Assembly: GCA_025060325.1 (NCBI GenBank)
Contig: JANXBW010000014.1
Span: 13,860-77,859 of the forward strand
From: Thermoguttaceae bacterium
GTDB lineage: Bacteria; Planctomycetota; Planctomycetia; Pirellulales; Thermoguttaceae
Length of the DNA: 64,000 nucleotides
Reading direction: 5' to 3'
The translations under genes and the position numbers were made by a program. Each line of letters begins with the position of its first letter. Position 1 is the first letter of the stretch. A model generated the notes under the pieces. The model did not search any database and was not told where the DNA came from. It saw only the letters and a program-made list of their open reading frames with translations. Below, piece by piece: positions 30,444 through 39,736 of this stretch.

Positions 30444-31250
30444 CTATATAAGCGGGACACTGCCGGGGCAGCTCAATGGCCTGGGGGTTGCCGCAAGCTC
30501 ACCCATAATTTCGCCCAAGGCTTCAGGCCTCCTCGCAGGATCGAGCCTCCAACTTGAGTCCTCAAGTTGCGTTCCGGAAGGCGTAGCTGGTAGGTACGTA
30601 TTCCGCCTCCTAAAAGGCTTTTTGTCAAGCTTCCGCAAAGACGGGGCAAGTTCTGGCAAGGTGAGAATAACCTGCAAACTGAAGTCGCTTCGCCGGGTCT
30701 TGGGGCTTCGGACCGTAATTCGCTTCTTTTCCCACTCGACTCCTCCCCACCGCACGGTTATGGCTTCTGAAGGTATCCGCAAGGCCCCACAGCGGGCCAA
30801 GGCGACGAAAACCCGCCGTTGTGAGTCGGGGATATACTCGAGAAGCTGAGCTGCCTTTTACCAGGTAACGAAATACTCCCCCTCCCAATTGGGATCAACC
30901 CCTGCACGAATTGCGGTGCCGGATTGCGGGTTATCAATCCCCCTCGCCGGGCATCTTCAAAAAATTCCCGGGCCATCCCGATGATTCGCCAGGTCGTGTT
31001 CTCTGCCAAACCTCGGATGTGCCTAGCGTACGTATTCACTCGGGCTTCTGGCAGTCCTTAGGCAAGCGGCGAAGCCACGGGCCTGACCGGGGATTACTTA
31101 ACGCAAAGCACGATCATGGCCGACGAGGTCCAAAAGCCTTTCCGTGGCTCGCTTCCATGCCAAACGGGTACGGCAGGCTATATCGGGCGGCGGGGCTTCG
31201 CAATGCGTAACCAACGGGCCCAAATAGCTCCCCACCAGAAGTATAGCGCC
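30444..31250 (-). pseudogene. Tyrosine recombinase / phage-type integrase, disrupted by frameshifts and an in-frame stop
   Basis: My minus-strand translation gives three pieces in different frames. They are DIACRTRLAWKRATERLLDLVGHDRAL (31250-31098), ARHIRGLAENTTWRIIGMAREFFEDARRGGLITRNP (from 31039) and FVTW*KAAQLLEYIPDSQRRVFVALARCGALRIPSEAITVRWGGVEWEKKRITVRSPKTRRSDFSLQVILTLPELAPSLRKL (about 30880-30620). The last matches the integrase core pattern (tGlR.sE...L.W.di......i.v...KT.....vpl.peL). The catalytic C-terminal part is not recoverable in any single frame. Confidence 0.55.
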
Positions 31251-32307
31251 AGGGGGCTTGCTGGTATAACTCGTTGAGAAAGCTGGGCCTTTTTATATCG
31301 CGAGATCAAGTTCAGGCACTTGCGCTATCTCTCCCGTGTGGAGATATTTTGCTGGACCCGTTCGGGCCGGCACCGGTTGCGCTTGACCCCGCACAAAGCC
31401 GGCTTAATAAAGGGCGTCACACCGCCCACGCGCTGGCCCAAACTCCTTTTTCTGACGGGCGGATTCCGGCGAACAACCGACAGATCCAACCCCGAACAAT
31501 TCCGCGGCCGGGTCGTCACGATATCTTCTCCCTACCTAAGCAGTCCAGCGCCCCACTCCCACAACCGGGTTGGGTTTATTAGGTTGCAGCCCTACTGCGC
31601 TCAATATGTTTATTTGAAATGCTTCTGCAAAGTCGGTCTTTGACCTAGCGTTTGTGTTGATGATCTTGGATACGATATCAGACCGCCGGGTCGCGATATC
31701 GCAACGACAATACGGGAGCAGTATCGACGCATCGACCACAAACCGCCTCGGTGGTCTGGCAAAGGCAATGCGACGCCGCTTCCAGCTGCGGGTTCCGGTG
31801 GAAGGTTGTCACACACGTCTTGCCTCCTTAGGGCGAAAGGTCGAAGAGGCCTCTACCCCGTTTGGCTTGGCTCGCGGAGGCTTAGAGGTTCTTCCGAAAA
31901 ATTCGTGCCGGAGCGCAGGGCCATGCCTTTTCATGTGGCCCGATCGAGTTCCGGTGCTTGCGATATTTTTCGTGCGCGGAGCTATGCAACCATTGACAAC
32001 CAGTGGCTACCGGGAGGAAAATCGCGCACAAAAGAAACCGACGATCAACGCATGGCCGGCCCGGGATTGCACCGGGAAGCCTTTAACGCCCAACGGCTCC
32101 TTTGCGGCCGTGACAAATGTGGCCGTAAGGGTATGACTCCGTGGTTCCGACTCCGTCCTCGGCTGGGTTGGTCCTTTCTTCCCCACATACCCACCATTAA
32201 GGGTGGAGTCATGCTTTTTGCGCCCTGCGTTCGAGCGTGAGAACAGCTCCTTTGGTTAAGAGGGCTTGGTGGGCTCGTTGCGGCAGCCCCGCCTCAGGGT
32301 TAGCTCC

Positions 32308-33414
32308 ATGATCATTGGCGTCCCCAAAGAGGTTAAAACGGAAGAATACCGAGTAGCCCTTTTGCCAGATGGTGTCACCGAGCTTGTCCGGGCCGGACAT
32401 CGGGTGCTTGTGGAATCGGGGGCCGGCCGGGGAGCAGGGTGGAGTGATGACAGCTTTGTGCAAGCAGGTGCGGAAATTGTGGCCAGCCCGGCCGAGCTTT
32501 ACGCTGAGGCAGAGCTTATTGTCAAAGTGAAGGAGCCTCAGACGACTGAAATACCTTTCTTGCGCCCAGGCCAAATCCTTTTTTGTTTCCTCCACTTGGC
32601 TGCTAGTCGGCAATTGACGGAAGCGCTCCTGAGTCGGGGTGTGATAGCGTTTGCGTACGAAACCCTCAGCGACGCTGCGGGGCGGTTGCCGCTTCTTGCG
32701 CCGATGAGCGACATTGCCGGCCGACTTGGGTTGTTGGCGGCAGCTCATTACCTCCAAAAGCCATCTGGGGGCCGAGGTGTTCTGCTTGGGCGTGTGGCGG
32801 GAGCGATGCCGGCTCGGGTCTTAGTTATTGGTGGAGGGATAGCCGGTCGGAGCGCGGCCATGTCGGCGGCCGCCCTGGGTGCTCAGGTCGTGGTTGTTGA
32901 CACTAATCCCGAGCGCCTTCGCGAGATTGCTGAGCTGTCGCCCGCCAATGTTATTCCGCTTTACGCCTCTCGGGCACAAATCCTCGAAGAATTACCACGG
33001 GCCGACGTGGCGATTGGCGCCGTACTTATCCCCGGGGCACGGGCGCCCACGGTGATCGAGCGCGACGACCTATCTCGCATGAAGCCCGGGAGTGTTATTG
33101 TGGATTTGTCCATCGACCAAGGTGGGTGCGTCGCCACCAGTCAACCAACCACGCACCGCGACCCAACGTTTGTGGTCGATGGAATTATTCACTATTGCGT
33201 GGCCAACATTCCCTCGGCGGTGGCAGCAACAAGTACCCAAGCCCTTTGCCATGCCACCTTGCCGTGGATTGTGCGCTTGGCCGAAGGGCCGCTGGAGGAT
33301 GCCCTTCGCCGCTTTCCCCCGCTTGTAAGCTCTCTTAACATCTATAAGGGCCAGATTACACATCCAGCAGTCGCCCAGTCCCTGGGATTACCGTGCCGGC
33401 CTTGGCCCATTTGA
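32308..33414 (+). CDS. ald: Alanine dehydrogenase
   Basis: Starts MIIGVPKEVKTEEYRVALLP. The NAD-binding motif is VLVIGGGIAGRSAA, and later blocks are GAVLIPGARAP and HYCVANIP. The start is taken at the internal Met (32308) rather than the ORF-track start 32266. Confidence 0.9.
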   Translation: MIIGVPKEVKTEEYRVALLPDGVTELVRAGHRVLVESGAGRGAGWSDDSFVQAGAEIVASPAELYAEAELIVKVKEPQTTEIPFLRPGQILFCFLHLAASRQLTEALLSRGVIAFAYETLSDAAGRLPLLAPMSDIAGRLGLLAAAHYLQKPSGGRGVLLGRVAGAMPARVLVIGGGIAGRSAAMSAAALGAQVVVVDTNPERLREIAELSPANVIPLYASRAQILEELPRADVAIGAVLIPGARAPTVIERDDLSRMKPGSVIVDLSIDQGGCVATSQPTTHRDPTFVVDGIIHYCVANIPSAVAATSTQALCHATLPWIVRLAEGPLEDALRRFPPLVSSLNIYKGQITHPAVAQSLGLPCRPWPI

Positions 33415-33545
33415 CAACACCTAGTTCCGCAGCACTGGGGCACGTTTCTCATTCAGGAATGGAGTCACCAAGAGGCCCTCCAAGAAAGGCGCGGCCACCC
33501 CACGGAGGGGCAAGCCCGAATGGTGTGCGCTTGTTGACAACCGAA

Positions 33546-35633
33546 CTACTTCTCCTCGCCGGTCCATCGCCACTTTTTCCACACGTTCGGCACGTCAAGG
33601 AATTTGATGAATACTCCCCCAATCACAGGCCTGGCACGAAATCCCCTCAGCCGGCCGTCATGGGCCCAGTACCAATCAGTAAGGGGTACCCGGTCCGGTG
33701 TTTCGTTGATAAACCGGTAGACTGGCCGCATCAGGGTCCGGAAGTCCTCTAGGTCCTCAGCTAGTGTGGCGGTCCATACCTGCCAATCGGTCTTGGTGAA
33801 AAGGGCCCGGTTGTCAAGCGGCAGACCATAGGGCAAAAGCTGGCGTTTATAAAATGCTAACTCCTTTGCCCGGGCTGCTGCCGGGAAAAGATTAAGACCG
33901 AAGATCTTGTCCCAGACCCAATTGTACTTTTGACTCCACGTGCCCCGCCGATCAAACGCCAAGCGAAAGTGGTCGCCATCATCGGCCGCCGTAAGCCACT
34001 TGGCCGCAAATTCCTCCGCTAATTTTCGGAATCGCTTCGCCTCCTCCAACTTCCCCGAAAGTCGACACATCTCCGCATAACAAGCTAACGCCACGGTCGC
34101 CTTGATCGACAAATTGCAATTGTGAGCCAGTGGCCCCGTAAAGTCATCCGTGCACAATTGATGCTCCGGATCGAAGCCCTTGTCGGCCAGGTAGTTGGCC
34201 CACTTCTCAAGCAGATGCCAATAGCGCCCGGCAAAGCTCGTGTTACCATCAATAAGTGAAATGGCGTACATAATGATGAGCATATTGCCGGATTCCTCAA
34301 CGGGCATTTGCCCTTCCTCGCTCGTTTCGCCACCGCCGTAGACTTGGCCGTTGGCTAACGGATAAGTTCCCAAATCATGAGGGGCGAAAGGGAACTTCCA
34401 CCGCGGACTAGCGGCATACTCCAAAACGGGAAGCACGGTGGCTTTAAGGAGCTGATTGTTAAACAGCATGAAAATAGGCGAAGCCGGATAGATCACATCC
34501 ACCGTGGCGATACATCCGTTGCTAAAGCATTCCTTGGAAAAGAGCATCGGCTCGCCAGAAGGACCCTCCACTAGTTTATGTGCCCCAAAAGTGTGGCGAT
34601 AAGCAAGGGCAACAAGCTGATCATAACCCGACCCACCCACTCGGCGGGCATCCTCCAAAAGCTCCCGATCCCATGCCTCGCACTCAGTCAACAGATCCGG
34701 CAACTGCTCGTGGGCCGGGACGAGCAAGGCCGGCAAGTCGGCAAATTGCCGCCGCCACCAAGGACGCAGACGCGTGCCCATATACTGGATCGACCAAATG
34801 TCATCATAACCAAGGAGGAGCTTGCGAACCATCGGCTGATCCGGACGGACATGGCCTGACCAGGCACAGGCCATAACCGGCCAGCGTTCGTTTGCCGGCC
34901 GCGGCTTCCCTCTATCATCATCGCTCGGGATGTGCCCGGTGCCGGCAAAGAGGCGGCGACAAGCATCGTGAGCCGCGATCACCGTGCGGACCTCGGGCGT
35001 TTTGGGCACGGCCACATAGGCATAACCCCAATCGATCCGAAGATCGTCGCCGGCCTTGGCCAAAATCGGTTGCTCAACCGTCCCCGCACGCATCCACAGG
35101 AGATTACCACTTGTGCCCCGGTCCCAAGTTACCGGCTGGGTAATCTCGTTGACGGCAAGCTCGGCCGAATTGTCATAATAAATATCCACAAAGTGGGTAT
35201 GACCGTCTACTGCGGAAACTTCCCAAATCAAGTAAGTGATGGGCCTTGCCAGCACGTCAAGCCGCCGGGGCAAAATCGGGCTCAAGAATGTCAACGTCAC
35301 TCTGACCTCCGGCGTTTGCCAGCGATATATTGTCCGCGTGGGCAGTACCTCTAGCTCGATCTGCGGCATCGGGGGCACGTCCGGCGGCGCGGAACCCATG
35401 AGGCGGAATGGTCGACCGTCAACACGCACCATGCTGACAAGGGCATGCGGCCGGCCGGTCCAGTGCCGGGGAAAATCATCGGCCAGCCCATCGGTGAAAG
35501 ACCAGATACTAAAATACGGATCGTGCACAACTAGCGGAACAGCCGGAGGACGCAATCGCCCTTCGATCCCAGGTTCCTGTCCGGCAACAATCGTTGAGAA
35601 AAACAGCTCGCATACAAAAGGTAGCATGATCAC
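33546..35633 (-). CDS. Glutaminase-like / DUF4965-DUF1793 family protein (putative glycoside hydrolase)
   Basis: N-terminal block LRPPAVPLVVHDPYFSIWSFTDGLADDFPRHWTGRPHALVSMVRVDGRPFRLMG is typical of the DUF5127/DUF4965 glutaminase-A-like family. The rest of the 695 aa is consistent with an (alpha/alpha)6-type C-terminal half. Confidence 0.7.
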   Translation of the reverse strand: MIMLPFVCELFFSTIVAGQEPGIEGRLRPPAVPLVVHDPYFSIWSFTDGLADDFPRHWTGRPHALVSMVRVDGRPFRLMGSAPPDVPPMPQIELEVLPTRTIYRWQTPEVRVTLTFLSPILPRRLDVLARPITYLIWEVSAVDGHTHFVDIYYDNSAELAVNEITQPVTWDRGTSGNLLWMRAGTVEQPILAKAGDDLRIDWGYAYVAVPKTPEVRTVIAAHDACRRLFAGTGHIPSDDDRGKPRPANERWPVMACAWSGHVRPDQPMVRKLLLGYDDIWSIQYMGTRLRPWWRRQFADLPALLVPAHEQLPDLLTECEAWDRELLEDARRVGGSGYDQLVALAYRHTFGAHKLVEGPSGEPMLFSKECFSNGCIATVDVIYPASPIFMLFNNQLLKATVLPVLEYAASPRWKFPFAPHDLGTYPLANGQVYGGGETSEEGQMPVEESGNMLIIMYAISLIDGNTSFAGRYWHLLEKWANYLADKGFDPEHQLCTDDFTGPLAHNCNLSIKATVALACYAEMCRLSGKLEEAKRFRKLAEEFAAKWLTAADDGDHFRLAFDRRGTWSQKYNWVWDKIFGLNLFPAAARAKELAFYKRQLLPYGLPLDNRALFTKTDWQVWTATLAEDLEDFRTLMRPVYRFINETPDRVPLTDWYWAHDGRLRGFRARPVIGGVFIKFLDVPNVWKKWRWTGEEK

Positions 35634-36045
35634 GAAACCGCCCCAACAGGTCCGTAGGCCGTGTGCGAGTAAACTTCTCTCCTAGCATGCCGAGCCAGTT
35701 CATCCACTACACTCCCGGGTTTTGCTTGGAAACAAGAGCCTGTGCACATCTGCCTGAGAACTAATTTGCGATACTCGCGTTTGAGAATACCGCAACCTCA
35801 TACCGGGGAGAATGCTGTAGCTAACTGGGTAAGAGTTCCCTTGCCCTCTCTTTTCCCACGTGCAAGAATCTATATAGAATTAAGTCCACGATGCTCCTAC
35901 TAGCGACCAACTTATCAACTGGTGAATGGCCACCTAGAGCGATTTCTAACCGCAGAGTGCCGGACTAGTGACGATTCAGCTTTGAGGAGGCCAATTGCTC
36001 TATCGCTTCCTCAGATTCCGGAACCAGCTCAGACGCGCGCCTTGT

Positions 36046-38124
36046 CTACTTAGTTTTCTCGGGAGGTTGCATCCCAAGTTCCTCCCAAGAGGGAAGTTCG
36101 CGACCTTGGTCCAGGTTTTGACGGGCTTTCTGTAAACAGTGGATTATTTCGTCATACCATGCGGTGTACTGCCGATAGCGAGCAAGCGTCCAGTCCAAAG
36201 CATAAGGTTTACAATCCGCAAGCCAAAGCCGGGCAAATTCCTCGCCTAATGCCTGGTGAGCATCCCGGATCTGACGAACAATGCTGATCGCTTTTTCCAC
36301 AACCTTTGCAGCTTCGGCAGGGGGTAAGTCTCTTACTTGTTGATAAAGCTTTTTTACTTCTAGACCGGCCAACATCCGGTTGCCAATCAGTTCCATTCGG
36401 CGAGCCCCGTGGAGGAAGCTATCCAGAAGCTCTGCGTTTACCACCGCCTCCTTTCGGCAGGCCTCCAAGTGGGCAATTGCCGGCCGAACTATCGCCAAAA
36501 GCCGCTGAGCACGATCACGGATCTGCTCCTCGCTTCCGGCAGGGAGAAAATCGCGTCGCCAAAAGCGACCATTATTCATCCCTTCCATGTCCGGCAGGCG
36601 GTGGGTCTGGGCCAAAAGTTCGATTGCCTGGCCGAAATGGTCCCCTTTTTCGCCAAAAAGGACAGCGCCAATTCGGCGGTTGAAATCCGCTGGGTCGGTG
36701 GCGGCGCCGTTCCAAGCGCATTCGGCTCCCCACGCGTGCCCGTGCCACCGGTAGCCTTGAAGGGCCTCGCCATCGTCCTCCCAATCCGTGTTGATCATCC
36801 CGGCTGCACCATACTTCATCCCATCGCGGACAAAATGGCGGATGTTGACGGTCGCCAAGCCGAAGTCGGGTAAGATGCGACTCCAATTATGAATGCTGGG
36901 ACAAACGAAAAACTCAAATCCAGCCTTCTGGAAAGGTGCAATGAGGTGGTCAAAGCTCTCAAGGGGACTGTAATTCCAGGTGAGCATCACAACATCGGGC
37001 GGAATGTCTTTGAGATTCTCTGGATGCTGAAGAATGATATCGCCCCACATCATCATCCGTTTACCATATTTTTCCTTCAGTAGGGCGTGGATCCGCTGAA
37101 TATGCCGTACATATACACCGCCCACTCCGATCTTTTGGGCAAGCTCTTTGGATGGGCCTTCACCTAACCCCCAGGTTTCGTCACAGCAGACGTTAAACAT
37201 CGGGAAAGGCAGAAGGGGACAAACCTCCGAATAAAGATCGTCTAAAAGCTGATAGGTTTCTTCCCGCATTGGTGTCAACAAGTGGGGCTGTTCGCGAAGA
37301 TGGGCAAACTTTTCGTGCCGGAGGATCCACCGAAAATGCCCGAAAGATTGTTGATTGCCGAGGATGTCGATGAAAAACTTCTTGCCATGATCGACAAGCG
37401 CTACTAGTTCCTCGGGCTGTAAAGATCCATCAGGCGGGCCAATCTCCGGGTGTTTGCGAAAGGCATACTGATATTCCATGTAATATGTCCACAAATTGTA
37501 CTTGAGATAAGCGCCGAGCGCCAAGCTATGCTTGAGCGAGGGAAGCTTTGTGCTGGGGCCCCGAGTTAGATCATCCTGAAAGCAGCGCCACCGAAGGCTT
37601 GGCCAATCCGTGATTTCTAAACACGGAAGCACGTTCCCATCTTGACGATTTGCCCGCAAAAGTTGGCACAAAGTCATTGCTGCATAGAAAAGCCCAGGTT
37701 CACCGGGCGACCTACCGACGATAAGCTCGGGCAAAACGACAAGTTGGTAGTCCTCGGGTGTCGCCTCCGCTCGAAAGGAGGCTGGTTTTGGCATTTCCGG
37801 AGTGGCACCGACGCGATAGAGCCGCAGCAAGTATGGTGGTTTGCTAACAAAGTGGGTCACTTTGAGCACCCCGGCGGCGCGGCCAAGTTCTTCGACAATA
37901 AGCTGGGCAGCTCCTTCGAAGCCTTCTGGCAGCTCAAGTACCCAATCCGCAGCTGTAGCGAATTGTCCCGGAAGCATCCGGATTTCTTTGGGAAAGGGCA
38001 CCAAGCGAAGTTGCCCCGGCTGAAGAGCGATGTCTCTAGTCGTAGTATTCTGCGAAAAAGCAGTTGCCCCGAAACAAATGGCCAGAAGGATAGAAAGAAT
38101 CAACATATTGGGTCTGTTTTTCAT
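36046..38124 (-). CDS. Glycoside hydrolase family 20-like (beta-N-acetylhexosaminidase-like), secreted
   Basis: Signal peptide. ITDWPSLRWRCFQDDLTRGP corresponds to the I.D.P.f..RG...D..R motif, and FNVCCDETWGLG contains the catalytic D-E pair position. Confidence 0.7.
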   Translation of the reverse strand: MKNRPNMLILSILLAICFGATAFSQNTTTRDIALQPGQLRLVPFPKEIRMLPGQFATAADWVLELPEGFEGAAQLIVEELGRAAGVLKVTHFVSKPPYLLRLYRVGATPEMPKPASFRAEATPEDYQLVVLPELIVGRSPGEPGLFYAAMTLCQLLRANRQDGNVLPCLEITDWPSLRWRCFQDDLTRGPSTKLPSLKHSLALGAYLKYNLWTYYMEYQYAFRKHPEIGPPDGSLQPEELVALVDHGKKFFIDILGNQQSFGHFRWILRHEKFAHLREQPHLLTPMREETYQLLDDLYSEVCPLLPFPMFNVCCDETWGLGEGPSKELAQKIGVGGVYVRHIQRIHALLKEKYGKRMMMWGDIILQHPENLKDIPPDVVMLTWNYSPLESFDHLIAPFQKAGFEFFVCPSIHNWSRILPDFGLATVNIRHFVRDGMKYGAAGMINTDWEDDGEALQGYRWHGHAWGAECAWNGAATDPADFNRRIGAVLFGEKGDHFGQAIELLAQTHRLPDMEGMNNGRFWRRDFLPAGSEEQIRDRAQRLLAIVRPAIAHLEACRKEAVVNAELLDSFLHGARRMELIGNRMLAGLEVKKLYQQVRDLPPAEAAKVVEKAISIVRQIRDAHQALGEEFARLWLADCKPYALDWTLARYRQYTAWYDEIIHCLQKARQNLDQGRELPSWEELGMQPPEKTK

Positions 38125-38267
38125 ATTTTGCCTCCGTCATGCGCGGTGGTAAGCCGGGCCTCCTGCGGGAAAAAGAATCCCTCACTTTGTCGATTGTTTA
38201 GGCGACCGGGCGAAGCTCCGGGAAGAGACTGCCCACAGATGCAGGCACAATGCCTTTTTAGCCAGGG

Positions 38268-38819
38268 CTATTTTGGTCCTGCCCACGCGGGCACACGCAC
38301 ATCCTGGGCACAGTCCGTGCCGGGAACAAAGGGTTTAATATCGAGGATCGGCGTTCCGTCAAGTGCATCGATATCGCCGATTTCGATAACGCCGGCCTCC
38401 ACTTTAAGCACCCGGCAGAGCGTAAGCCCAATCAGGTTGGGTCGCACCGGTGCCCGACAGGCAAACACACCTGTAAGCGGATTGTTTTTATCGCCCCGCG
38501 GATGCACTTGCAAGATCGCCCGGCGATCCGGCTGGTCATTCCGATCGAACCACCACAGAACATGGATATGCGACCAATTTTCCAAGCCAACTAGGCCAGG
38601 TTGATACCGCTCGTGGATAACAAGAAAAGTACGTCCACCCTTTCGCTCGACATGTCCGATCGGATAAATCGTAAACGATTTCTCAGGCAGGGCCGGCTGG
38701 AGGGAATCAGCCCCACACGAGTTTGGAAACTGACGAGCGACAAGGAGTATCGCCGCTACCGACACGACGAGCGTGCATCGAAAAACGGTCAACATCGTAA
38801 ACCTCCTCGTTGTTGACAA
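38268..38819 (-). CDS. TrmO/YaeB-family (UPF0066) SAM-dependent methyltransferase homolog with N-terminal hydrophobic extension
   Basis: Core is YPIGHVERK...LVGLENWSHIHVLWWFD...HPRGD...TGVFACRAPVRPNLIGLTLCRVLKVE...IGDIDALDGTPILDIKPF. It is preceded by about 45 aa including LTVFRCTLVVSVAAILLVA. Confidence 0.75.
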   Translation of the reverse strand: MSTTRRFTMLTVFRCTLVVSVAAILLVARQFPNSCGADSLQPALPEKSFTIYPIGHVERKGGRTFLVIHERYQPGLVGLENWSHIHVLWWFDRNDQPDRRAILQVHPRGDKNNPLTGVFACRAPVRPNLIGLTLCRVLKVEAGVIEIGDIDALDGTPILDIKPFVPGTDCAQDVRVPAWAGPK

Positions 38820-39583
38820 AAATTGGATTTCCGGAGATCCTTAGAGAATAGGGCGCCGTGGCTTTCGACGGAAGTAAGTGACGGTTGCTGGGTGACAAAA
38901 CCGATCGGCGGCAATTTCGCCGGGAGTTGGGGCAAGCGTCACCTGCCACACCGAGCTAGACGTGTAATTTCCCATTCTAGCCGCCCAACCAGTTGCAAGC
39001 AGGATTTGCCGGAGGAGTGCACCTCACCTCTCGGCGACAAGAGGAGGATTCCACGAACCCCCGGCCGCTTGGCGAAATATTCGCCCCCTTCCGGTCGGGC
39101 CAGATAGTCGCCTCGCAGGGTGCCCAAAAGTCAACACAAGGACCGTTTTAGCCCATAGTTAGCCAATCCCACTGGTGCAACGCCCCAAAAGGCGGCCCGT
39201 CACGGTGGCCAGCCGCGAATTTCCGTCTCCCCGCTCCGCGCAAGGTCTCAAAGCTCACCCGCGCGGAAGCGGAATGAGTGCCTTCGGTTTGGCGGGAAGG
39301 ATGACTGCGCTTGACCAACCTCGCTCGGCGTGGTGGTTCGGCCCAAGGGGGAAGTTGGAGGGGTCGGCGCAAAAGGCCGGTGGGCGAAAGCGGGGGCGCC
39401 AAGCTGGAGACCTTCGCGGCACCACTCACATTTAGCCCACACTTGGTTTGATGGGGGAAAGCATGCGGCGGCTAAGGTCGCCGAACAGATTCGAACTTCT
39501 CTTCCAGAGATCGTGCGTGCCGATGCGCTCAGCCCCTGGTCAAAGGATTGTTCCACAACCTCGCAAACGCGGGGCCTCACAAG

Positions 39584-39736
39584 GTGAAGCGCACCTTGTG
39601 CGAGCAGGGGATGACGTGGTGGCTACCCTACCGCTCCGATAACGTGAAGCGCCCCGTGCGCGAGGAGGGGACGACTCTATGTCGGTGCTGAGGACGCTGC
39701 GGTCAAGAAGCGCCCCCTGCGGCACGAGGCCACGCC
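39584..39736. repeat. Degenerate direct repeat: three 32-nt units at about 60-nt period separated by unrelated 28/29-nt spacers (CRISPR-like geometry, not called as CRISPR)
   Basis: R1 39584-39615 is GTGAAGCGCACCTTGTGCGAGCAGGGGATGAC. R2 39644-39675 is GTGAAGCGCCCCGTGCGCGAGGAGGGGACGAC, 27/32 identical to R1. R3 39705-39736 is AAGAAGCGCCCCCTGCGGCACGAGGCCACGCC, 22/32 identical to R2. Alignments were done by hand. Confidence 0.6.

Noticed and set aside
30193-30849. 218-aa plus-strand ORF in the 30-32 kb gap
   Set aside because: It lies antisense to the integrase remnants, which carry recognisable motifs. Its composition is not protein-like.
37642-38604. 320-aa plus-strand ORF
   Set aside because: It is antisense to the GH20-like and TrmO-like genes, has low-complexity Ser/Arg/Pro-rich composition and no recognisable motifs.
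39485-39500. tRNA T-loop-like gattcgaac in non-coding DNA
   Set aside because: The flanking bases cannot form a 5-bp T-stem (AGAAG versus CTGTT), and no acceptor or anticodon arms are evident. Other TTCGA hits in the window lie inside CDSs or likewise lack tRNA-like flanking arms.
39584-39736. Calling the three 32-nt repeats a bona fide CRISPR array
   Set aside because: There are only three units, and they have diverged (27/32 and 22/32 identity). The spacers are short (28-29 nt), and there are no cas genes or recognisable leader in the window. I report it as a repeat and a finding instead.
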